This document shows positions 19,928 to 27,200 of a stretch of DNA of 27,200 bases, piece after piece. Positions within the stretch are counted from its first letter, which is position 1, and every line of letters starts with the position of its first letter. Source of the stretch: Methylococcaceae bacterium (GTDB lineage: Bacteria; Pseudomonadota; Gammaproteobacteria; Methylococcales; Methylococcaceae); the NCBI GenBank assembly GCA_028678445.1, contig JAJRDJ010000090.1, positions 1-27,200 of the forward strand, written 5' to 3'. The notes below the pieces were generated by a model. It was not told the origin of the DNA, searched no databases, and worked only from the letters and a program-made list of their open reading frames with translations. A program made the position numbers and the translations under genes.

Positions 19928-20690
19928 TGAACCGCCCCGGGAAATCCGGAGGCTGGTTGGTTTAAGTCCGGCGGCTATGGCTGATGGGTTTATCTGCGCA
20001 GAGTGATTCCTTTCGGCTGCGGCCGGAGGAATATTGCCCAATTGGCGTCAGCCGTCGGTGATGGTTGAACCAGCCCACCCCTTCCAAGCAGGGCGAGTTC
20101 GACCTCGGAGCGGTGCTTCCATGGGCCTCTGCGGTACATGACCTCCGTCTTGTATAGCCCCTTGATAGTCTCCGCCAGGGCAATTTCATAAGCATCACCG
20201 ACCCTGCGTGCGGCGGTCTCAAGGCCCGCTTCAGCGCGTCCTCTGTGTAGGGAATGAAGACATACTGTGAGCCTCGCTGTGATGGATCAGTCGTTGCGAG
20301 GCGGCGGGGCGTCGTGCGGAGAGCGCTTGCTTCAGTGACTCCAGAACGAAGTCGGTCCGGGCGGAACTGGACACGTTTTCGCCCACGCTGCGGCGGGCAA
20401 AGACGTCGATGAGAAAGGCCACATAGACCAATCCTTGCCAGTTGGACACGCAGGTGAAATCGGCTGCCCACAGCGCATTCGGTCGATCGTCATTGTACTG
20501 GTGCTGTACCCGGTCGAGCGGTCTTGGCGCCTGGGTATCGGCATCGTGGTGCGAATGCGCTTGCCATGCGCAGCGCCCCAATGCATCCAATGACGCATCA
20601 GGCGCTCGTCAGTGAAGCGTGCGACATCCGTCACTTCTCCGCGCCGCTTTGGCCAAACCTTGCGGGAGCCTACCGCATAACAATAAACCA
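19928..20690 (-). mobile_element. Degenerate IS3-family (IS51 group) element: orfB remnant and right terminal repeat
   Basis: End sequence TGAACCGCCCCGGGAAATCCGGAGGC at 19928 (IS629/IS3411-like). Minus-strand fragments GSRKVW...DVARFTDERLMR, PNALWAADFTCVSNWQGLVYVAFLIDVFARR, LIHHS, WFNHHRRLTPIG, NIPPA. Multiple frameshifts; orfA and the left end are absent. Confidence 0.88.
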
Positions 20691-20750
20691 GTATTAGCGA
20701 TTCTTTAGGGGGTTTTGGAAGGGTCCGATATATGCCGAATAGTTCCGGAA

Positions 20751-22097
20751 TTATTTTCCGATGCAAAAACTCGAAAAAATTCTCCCCAGCAAATCGTCGC
20801 TGGTGAATTCCCCCGTTATTTCGGACAGGGCCTGCTGTGCTGTCCGCAGTTCTTCGGCCAGCAATTCGGGGGCGCCGGCCTGGAGTTGCAGATCCGCACG
20901 CTCTAATGCCATGCGGGCCCGATCGATAGCGTCGAGATGTCGGCGACGGGCTATGAATAGGCCCTCCGCTCCGCTGTCATAACCGACGCAGTGCTTGAGG
21001 TGTTCCATCAACACCTCCGTGCCGGCGCCCGACTTGAGCGAGAGGAAGACGACGGGGCCATCACGCGTTTCCTTCAGGCCGGGATTGTTCCCTGTCAAAT
21101 CAATCTTGTTGTGAATGCGTGTGACCGGCAATGGAGCAGGGATGTCCGCCAGCAGGGCCTCGCTATCGCTAGGGTCGCTGTCGTCAATCAGCAGTAATAC
21201 CCGGTCGGCTTTGGCCATTTCTGCCCTGGCCCGGCGCATTCCTTCCTGTTCGACGGGGTCTTCGCTATCGTCCCTGAGCCCGGCGGTATCGATGATGTGT
21301 AGCGGCAGGCCATCGATCTGGATGAATTCCCGGAGGGTATCCCGGGTGGTGCCGGCGATGGCGGTGACGATAGCGGTTTCCTGGCCGGTGAGGCGGTTGA
21401 GCAGGCTGGATTTTCCGGCATTGGGGCGGCCCACAATGACCAGCGTCATGCCCTCCCGCATCAGGCACCCTTGCCGCGCGGACCCGCGTATGGCGTCGAC
21501 GCGGCCAGACAGATTCGACACCTGTTCGGCAATGTGACCCTCGGCCAGAAAGTCGATGTCTTCATCGGTAAAGTCGATGGAAGCTTCGACGTACAGACGG
21601 AGTTGTATGAGTGCCTCCTCCAGCTCGTCGATCTGCCGGGAGAATTCGCCTTGCAGTGAACGCTGGGCCGCGCGGGCAGCCTGTTCAGTGGTGCTGTCGA
21701 TGAGATCGGCGATAGCCTCGGCTTGCGCGAGGTCGATTTTATCGTTCAGAAACGCGCGCTCGCTGAATTCTCCGGGACGCGCGTCACGTACGCCCAACCC
21801 GAGGAGGCGGCGGATCAGGCCATCCAGCACCACCGGGCTGCCATGAGCGTGTAATTCGAGGATGGGCTCACCGGTGAAAGAGTGTGGGGCCGGAAAGTAA
21901 AGGGCCAGCCCCTGGTCGATGATTTGCCCCTGTTCGTCCCGGAAAGGGACAAAATGGGCATGTCGAGGTTGCAAGGGCTGGCCGAACAGGGCCGAGATTA
22001 TTTCTGGCACGGCCGCTCCGGAAACCCTGATGACACCGACCCCTCCCCGCCCGGGAGGGGAGGCGATGGCGGCAATGGTGTCCCCGGGTGGATGCAT
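20751..22097 (-). CDS. mnmE: tRNA uridine-5-carboxymethylaminomethyl(34) synthesis GTPase MnmE (TrmE)
   Basis: [45 protein letters not shown]-terminal [11 protein letters not shown] at 22097. Confidence 0.97.
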   Translation of the reverse strand: MHPPGDTIAAIASPPGRGGVGVIRVSGAAVPEIISALFGQPLQPRHAHFVPFRDEQGQIIDQGLALYFPAPHSFTGEPILELHAHGSPVVLDGLIRRLLGLGVRDARPGEFSERAFLNDKIDLAQAEAIADLIDSTTEQAARAAQRSLQGEFSRQIDELEEALIQLRLYVEASIDFTDEDIDFLAEGHIAEQVSNLSGRVDAIRGSARQGCLMREGMTLVIVGRPNAGKSSLLNRLTGQETAIVTAIAGTTRDTLREFIQIDGLPLHIIDTAGLRDDSEDPVEQEGMRRARAEMAKADRVLLLIDDSDPSDSEALLADIPAPLPVTRIHNKIDLTGNNPGLKETRDGPVVFLSLKSGAGTEVLMEHLKHCVGYDSGAEGLFIARRRHLDAIDRARMALERADLQLQAGAPELLAEELRTAQQALSEITGEFTSDDLLGRIFSSFCIGK

Positions 22098-22111
22098 GCG
22101 CGGGCAGAGAG

Positions 22112-22135
22112 CGGGCGGACAGGATAGTCCGCCCG
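22112..22135. repeat. Intercistronic hairpin between yidC and mnmE
   Basis: CGGGCGGAC-AGGATA-GTCCGCCCG: 9-bp stem, no U-tract. Possibly an mRNA-stability or attenuation hairpin. Confidence 0.45.
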
Positions 22136-22161
22136 GGATTGACTGGCTTAGCGGCCGGCGT

Positions 22162-23808
22162 TCACGCTTTGGCCGGTGCCGGGGTCCCGATGGTCTTGTT
22201 GATATACCACTGCTGAAGAATCGACAGGATGTTGTTGACCACCCAGTAGAGCACCAGACCGGAGGGGAAGAAGGCAAAGAACCCGGTGAACATCACCGGA
22301 AAGAACTGCATGATTTTCGCCTGTAGGGGGTCGGACGGCGGCGGGCTCAGCCGCTGCTGGATAAACATGGAAACACCCATGATCAACGGCAGAATGAAGT
22401 ACGGATCCTTGGAGGACAGATCCGTCAGCCAGCCGATGAACGGTGCCTGGCGCATTTCGACCGTTTCCACCAAGACCCAGTACAGGGAAATGAACACCGG
22501 GATTTGCACCAGTATCGGCAGGCAGCCCCCCAAGGGGTTGACCTTCTCCTTGCGGTACATTTCCATCATGGCCGTATTGAGTTTCTGCTTATCACCGCCG
22601 AAACGTTCCTTGAGTTCGGCGAGCTTCGGCTGCATCTTCCGCATATTGGCCATCGACTTGTAACTGGACGCCGACAGCCGGAAAAACAGCGCCTTGAGGG
22701 TGATGGTGACAAAAATGATGGCCCAGCCCCAGTTGTTGAATACTTTATGGAACTGCTCCAGCAGCCAGAAAATCGGCTTGGCGATGATGGTGAGCATGCC
22801 ATAATCGACCGTCAGATCCAGTCCCGGCGCGGTGGCTTCCAGCACCCGCAGCAGCTTGGGTCCGGCGAAGAGTTGGGCGTTCAGCAACTTGTTCTCGCCC
22901 GGCTTCACCTCCACCGGAGGGGTGTAGCTGCCGATCACGAAATGGTTGTCGGCGAGCGCCTTGGTATAGAAGTTGTTTTCCTGCCCCGGCGCGGGGATCC
23001 AGGCCGCCAGGAAGTAGTGCTGAATCATGGCGATCCAGCCTTCCTGGGATTTCCGGTTTAGGTTCTCGCCAGCCATGTCCTTGAAGCTGATCTTTTCGTA
23101 CTTTTCCTCGGGTGTGTAGAGCACGCCACCGGTATAGGTGCGGATGTACTGATCCTTGTTCTTGTCTCCGGGATCCTTGCGCTGTAACTGCAGGTATTGA
23201 CGGGCTGTCCACGGACTTGGGCTGTTATTGGCCACCTGCTGTTGGAGTTCAATATCGTAACTTCCGCGTTTCAACACATAGGCCTTGGTTACGGTCACGC
23301 CTTCCGGGCTGGTCCAGGTCAGCGGTACGCGCAGTTCATCCTGACCCTTGGCCAAACGGTAAGAGGAGGCCTGGGCCTGCCAGAGGCTATGATGATTGGG
23401 GGCTGACGCCTCGGCGCCCAGGAAACCGCTTTGGGCCACGAAAATCAGGTCATCGTCGGAGAAAAGCCGCACCGGCTTGTCCGGGGCATCCTTGGCGACA
23501 GGATAGTGCAGGAGTTCGAGCTGGCGGATGTCGCCACCTTCGGTATCCACTTCCATCCGGACCACGTCGGTCTCCACGCTGATCCGCTGGCGGCTCGTCA
23601 GCGCCTCGCCCGAGTCGGCTGCCACGGGAGCGCTGTCGTCCGTGGCCGCAGGCGTTGCCCCCGGCACGTCGGGGTTGGCCGGGGGCTCGAGGCCGCCCTG
23701 AGCGGCGGTGACCGGCGGTTTCGGCCCGTAATCCACCTGCCATTGCTGGAAGAGCATCATGCCGAGCAAGAAGAAGAAGACGATCAGGACGAACCTTGCA
23801 TTATCCAT
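22162..23808 (-). CDS. yidC: Membrane protein insertase YidC
   Basis: N-terminal TM, large periplasmic domain, VDYG...[51 protein letters not shown] at 23808. Confidence 0.97.
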   Translation of the reverse strand: MDNARFVLIVFFFLLGMMLFQQWQVDYGPKPPVTAAQGGLEPPANPDVPGATPAATDDSAPVAADSGEALTSRQRISVETDVVRMEVDTEGGDIRQLELLHYPVAKDAPDKPVRLFSDDDLIFVAQSGFLGAEASAPNHHSLWQAQASSYRLAKGQDELRVPLTWTSPEGVTVTKAYVLKRGSYDIELQQQVANNSPSPWTARQYLQLQRKDPGDKNKDQYIRTYTGGVLYTPEEKYEKISFKDMAGENLNRKSQEGWIAMIQHYFLAAWIPAPGQENNFYTKALADNHFVIGSYTPPVEVKPGENKLLNAQLFAGPKLLRVLEATAPGLDLTVDYGMLTIIAKPIFWLLEQFHKVFNNWGWAIIFVTITLKALFFRLSASSYKSMANMRKMQPKLAELKERFGGDKQKLNTAMMEMYRKEKVNPLGGCLPILVQIPVFISLYWVLVETVEMRQAPFIGWLTDLSSKDPYFILPLIMGVSMFIQQRLSPPPSDPLQAKIMQFFPVMFTGFFAFFPSGLVLYWVVNNILSILQQWYINKTIGTPAPAKA

Positions 23809-24037
23809 TGTTGATTTCCGGTTTTTTATGAGGTACGGGATCGATTCCTCCCGCATGCCAGGGGTGGCATCTGACGAGGCGCCTGATGGCCAGGCTGGAG
23901 CCATGGAGGGCGCCATAGCGCTGGATCGCGGTTAGAGCATAGGCCGAGCAACTCGGTTCAAAACGGCAATGATGCCCCAGCCAGGGGCTGATCAGGTAGC
24001 GGTAGAATTGGATGATGGCGACCAGGAGGGTTTGCAT
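23801..24037 (-). CDS. yidD: Membrane protein insertion efficiency factor YidD
   Basis: [23 protein letters not shown]...[18 protein letters not shown]; canonical position. Confidence 0.95.
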   Translation of the reverse strand: MQTLLVAIIQFYRYLISPWLGHHCRFEPSCSAYALTAIQRYGALHGSSLAIRRLVRCHPWHAGGIDPVPHKKPEINNG

Positions 24038-24387
24038 TCCTTCACCAAGCGTGCCCAGTGTCTCTGCAATGAGCGGGAGAGTGATTCATGGTCTGCCTGG
24101 ATTGCGGCGGTGCGGGCCATTACAACAAAATCAAGACCGGCCAGTTTGTGCTGGTTCAGCCGGAAGGATTCTCGGGTCAGGCGCTTGATTCGATTACGGT
24201 CCTTGGCCAGCTTAACATAGCGTTTTGCTATCGCCAGACCCAACCGCGGACGCTCCATCCCATTGACTGTGGCGAGCACGGTCAGATATTGATCCGACGA
24301 TCGGGTTGCGGCTTCGAAAACATGCCGGAAGGCCCCCGATGTCGTTATACGGCGCGAACGCGGAAACCCATAAGGCAGTTGCGCCAA
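23992..24387 (-). CDS. rnpA: Ribonuclease P protein component
   Basis: [14 protein letters not shown] motif ([14 protein letters not shown]), [11 protein letters not shown] start. Confidence 0.95.
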   Translation of the reverse strand: MAQLPYGFPRSRRITTSGAFRHVFEAATRSSDQYLTVLATVNGMERPRLGLAIAKRYVKLAKDRNRIKRLTRESFRLNQHKLAGLDFVVMARTAAIQADHESLSRSLQRHWARLVKECKPSWSPSSNSTAT

Positions 24388-24395
24388 ACGATCAA

Positions 24396-24530
24396 TCAGA
24401 CGCTGAGACGCTTGCGTCCCTTCGCCCGACGCGCATTGATGACCCGGCGGCCGCCAGGGGTCTTCATGCGGGCACGGAATCCATGGGTTCGCACACGCTT
24501 GATCTTGCTGGGCTGGTATGTTCTTTTCAT
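24396..24530 (-). CDS. rpmH: 50S ribosomal protein L34
   Basis: Hand-translated [44 protein letters not shown] (44 aa). Too short for the ORF track. Confidence 0.97.
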   Translation of the reverse strand: MKRTYQPSKIKRVRTHGFRARMKTPGGRRVINARRAKGRKRLSV

Positions 24531-24569
24531 GAGTTGACTACCTTGGAACCGGTCTACAAAAGGGGCGGA

Positions 24570-24599
24570 ATGCTAAACCAACGGGTGATGCCCTGTCAA
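24570..24599 (-). promoter_or_regulatory. sigma70 promoter of the rpmH operon
   Basis: Minus strand TTGACA (24599-24594), 18-nt spacer, TAGCAT (24575-24570), about 40 nt upstream of the rpmH ATG. Confidence 0.65.
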
Positions 24600-24607
24600 T
24601 CCTTGCT

Positions 24608-24772
24608 CAGCTTCATCCAATCGTGCAATGGCATGAGGCCATCGGCGATCTGACGCTTGCCAATGTGATTCTGGATCTACTCGTGCATAACGCTAACCGC
24701 ATCCAGTTGAAGGGGAAGTCCAGCCGCAAGAATCGTGGAGAGACTCGAAATACATGGCGCGCAGTGGAATCA
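24608..24772 (+). pseudogene. IS21-family IstB helper ATPase C-terminal remnant with degenerate right end
   Basis: QLHPIVQWHEAIGDLTLANVILDLLVHNANRIQLKGKSSRK matches the IstB tail WHE.IGDPTLADAILDRLVHNAHRI.LKGES.RK. Followed by GAAATACATGG...GTGGAATCA, resembling IS21/IS408 end repeats. Confidence 0.8.
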
Positions 24773-25147
24773 ATTCCGACACCATTATTACGCTGGTTAT
24801 GCGGAGCTACATTTCCAGGCCAAACAGTTAGCCGAGGGCCGCTGCCAGTGGCTGATGCTGTTGTGCAGCGATCTGGTCCGGCCTTGGCCCACCTGATCCC
24901 TCGCGGGCACCGCCAGGCCAGGAAATCCCATTCCGACGACCAGGGTCGGTGTTGGGGAGAATCTGACAAAGTCGAACTTAAGGGCTAGCTGAATAAGTTT
25001 GCTAATCAGGTTTTTTCTTATAGTCTAAGCCTGTATTATTACGTATTGTGGTTATCTAGAGTGCATGAATGAATGAATTCCCTTCATCTCTCTTCTCACC
25101 CACTCTCCACTGCAGAATCAACTTAATCCTTGTTTATGAGGTATTCA

Positions 25148-25390
25148 ATGAGTTCTACCGCCTCCGTGACACATCTGTATTCCCCGGAATTCGAGAAGTT
25201 GGCCAGTGTCTTTAGCCACATTCATCCACCCTACAAACAGGAAGACGTGAGGGCATTCAGTACGCTGTACAGCAGGTTGTACAGAGAGCTTACAGTGGAT
25301 GAGAAGAAGTACGCTGAGCGAATGGTTGATCTCATCATTGAAGGGTTAGAGCGTCGTGAGGACGCCATACTCTTATACGGCGTTGTTTGA
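25148..25390 (+). CDS. Small hypothetical helical protein (80 aa)
   Basis: GAGG RBS 6 nt before ATG 25148. Visibly AT-richer than its neighbours and preceded by an AT-rich intergenic tract. No family recognised. Confidence 0.65.
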   Translation: MSSTASVTHLYSPEFEKLASVFSHIHPPYKQEDVRAFSTLYSRLYRELTVDEKKYAERMVDLIIEGLERREDAILLYGVV

Positions 25391-25620
25391 TCTCGTCCGC
25401 TGGGATAATGGTGTACAACCGGCAGTTTCGGTCTCGCCCGGGCGCATCGTGCTCGACGTATTCTACAATAGGCACCGTAGCGCAACCCGGTTGAATTCAT
25501 CTGGGCGCAATACATCCGCGGTAAATGACGAGCCTCTCTGCTGAGTATCGCTGCGATCCGGCATGCGGATGAGGTGGATGCCGCGTCGGCTGTGACTAAT
25601 GTCAATCTCACCATCATTCC

Positions 25621-27102
25621 ATGGCGAAAAAACAAATAACCGGCAAGGACGAACTGCGGAGCATCGCGCACGCCGCGATGTTACAGAGAGGTCTGCTGCC
25701 GGACTTTTCACCCGCCGTGATGGCCGAGACCAACCAGATTTGGCAGGCCGCCGCGGCGTCGGGCGCGGCGATTCGCGATTTGCGCGGCCTGCTCTGGGCG
25801 TCGATCGATAACGACGATTCCCGCGATCTCGATCAGCTCTCGGTTGCTGAACCCGTGGCGGGTGGTGCGGTGAAGGTCCTCGTCGCCATTGCCGACGTCG
25901 ATGCGCTGGTAAAAATGGATTCCGCGATCGACGGCCATGCGTGGAACAACACGACCTCTGTCTACACGGCCGCAGCAATCTTCCCGATGCTGCCGGAGAA
26001 ACTGTCCACCGATCTGACTTCGTTGGGCGAGGGTCAGGAACGCCTGGCGATCGTGATGGAAATGCTGATTGCCCCCGATGGCACCGTGTCGGCATCCGAC
26101 ATCTACCGAGCATGGGTGCTTAACCGCGCCAAGCTTGCCTACAACGGGGTCGCCGCCTGGCTCGAGGGTACGGCACCCGCGCCGCCCACGCTGGCGGCAG
26201 TGCCCGGACTGGATGAGCAGCTCCGCCTCCAGGATCGAGCCGCACAGGCGCTGAAACGGGTGCGCCACGCGCATGGCGCGCTGCGACTGGAAACGCTGGA
26301 AGTGCGGGCCGTATTTGACGACGGCGCCCTAGCCGATCTGCGGCCGGACGAAAAGAACCGGGCGAAGGAACTGATCGAGGATTTCATGATTGCGGCCAAT
26401 GGCGTCACCGCAAAATATCTCGAAACGAAAGGCTTCCCATCGCTGCGTCGGGTGCTGCAAACGCCCCAGCGCTGGGACCGGATCGTCGCGCTCGCGGCCG
26501 TGTCGGGGGAGCGGTTGCCACTGAAGCCGGACCCCGTTGCGCTGGATGTTTTTCTAGCCAAACGCCGTGACGTTGACCCAGTGAGCTTTCCAGACCTTTC
26601 GCTCGCCGTTGTCAAGTTGCTCGGATCCGGCGAGTATGCGCTCGAAGTGCCCGGCCAGCCGTCCGAAGGACACTTCGGACTGGCCGTGAAAGACTACACC
26701 CACTCCACGGCCCCCAATCGCCGGTTTCCCGATCTCGTCGCCCAACGGCTGTTGAAGGCGGCACTCGCCGGGCATCCTTCGCCCTACACCCACAATGATC
26801 TCGCGACGCTGGCGCGCCATTGTACCGTCCAGGAAGACAATGCGGCCAAGGTGGAACGGCAGGTCCGGAAGTCTGCCGCCGCGCTGCTGCTTGCCTCGCG
26901 CATCGGTGCGCAGTTTGATGCCATCGTGACCGGCGCGGCGGACAAGGGAACATGGGTCCGCATTTCCGGCCCAACCGCCGAAGGCAGAGTCGTTCGCGGA
27001 TTCGAGGGTCTCGATGTCGGTGACCGGGTTCGCGTGGAACTGGTCCACACCGATGTCGTGCGCGGTTTCATCGACTTTGCCGCAGTGCGAATGAAACCAT
27101 GA
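25621..27102 (+). CDS. RNB-domain ribonuclease (RNase II/R-like, minimal form with C-terminal S1-like domain)
   Basis: SIDNDDSRDLDQ catalytic loop, SVYT, LIEDFMIAAN, HFGLAVKDYTHSTAPNRRFPDL, C-terminal OB/S1-like region. No N-terminal cold-shock domains evident. Confidence 0.88.
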   Translation: MAKKQITGKDELRSIAHAAMLQRGLLPDFSPAVMAETNQIWQAAAASGAAIRDLRGLLWASIDNDDSRDLDQLSVAEPVAGGAVKVLVAIADVDALVKMDSAIDGHAWNNTTSVYTAAAIFPMLPEKLSTDLTSLGEGQERLAIVMEMLIAPDGTVSASDIYRAWVLNRAKLAYNGVAAWLEGTAPAPPTLAAVPGLDEQLRLQDRAAQALKRVRHAHGALRLETLEVRAVFDDGALADLRPDEKNRAKELIEDFMIAANGVTAKYLETKGFPSLRRVLQTPQRWDRIVALAAVSGERLPLKPDPVALDVFLAKRRDVDPVSFPDLSLAVVKLLGSGEYALEVPGQPSEGHFGLAVKDYTHSTAPNRRFPDLVAQRLLKAALAGHPSPYTHNDLATLARHCTVQEDNAAKVERQVRKSAAALLLASRIGAQFDAIVTGAADKGTWVRISGPTAEGRVVRGFEGLDVGDRVRVELVHTDVVRGFIDFAAVRMKP

Positions 27103-27200
27103 CTTCTGGCGATAGACCGCGCAAACCCGTCGCCTACAAGAACGAGAGGTTCCTCGACAGCGACGATGCGCGTCCGCTGCGCATTCTCGCTGAATACCTT
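27099..27200 (+). CDS. LOG-family (Rossmann-fold nucleotide monophosphate hydrolase) protein, 5' part only
   Basis: ATGA overlap with the RNB stop. MTSGDRPRKPVAYKNERFLDSDDARPLRILAEYL matches the AY..FL.S..ARP.RIL.EYL N-terminal extension of long LOG proteins. Runs off the window. Confidence 0.6.
   Translation, partial: MTSGDRPRKPVAYKNERFLDSDDARPLRILAEYL

Noticed and set aside
24790-24890. IS66 TnpB-like fragment (AKQLAEGRCQW)
   Set aside because: Similarity is limited to a few residues and cannot be supported without an HMM search.
25047-25055. DnaA-box-like TGTGGTTAT / possible oriC
   Set aside because: Only 7/9 match and isolated; no box cluster or DUE repeats.

Overview
GC-rich gammaproteobacterial chromosome segment. 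Gene style and synteny resemble Methylococcaceae-type methanotrophs, but the sequence alone does not prove this. Left part (1-12.2 kb) is accessory: (i) a putative copper-handling operon of four small proteins plus a P1B-1 (CopA-type) ATPase, including a 59-aa stand-alone Cys-rich metal-binding ORF missing from the ORF track; (ii) a MASE1 histidine kinase/NarL-family regulator pair followed by a palindromic operator and a Tat-exported HiPIP gene; (iii) a ~1360-aa fusion of an HExxH (M50-like) membrane-protease domain, an internal class-II glutamine amidotransferase domain, GlmS-like SIS domain(s) and transmembrane helices; (iv) a 135-bp MITE-like element. The middle is housekeeping: smc-zipA-ligA, queF and yjdM/phnA. 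The right part holds the rpmH-rnpA-yidD-yidC-mnmE operon, bracketed by IS debris (IS1595 + IS3 on one side, IS21 on the other) and lacking its usual divergent dnaA neighbour. It is followed by a small hypothetical gene, a minimal RNB ribonuclease and the start of a LOG-family gene. No rRNA, tRNA or CRISPR array was seen.
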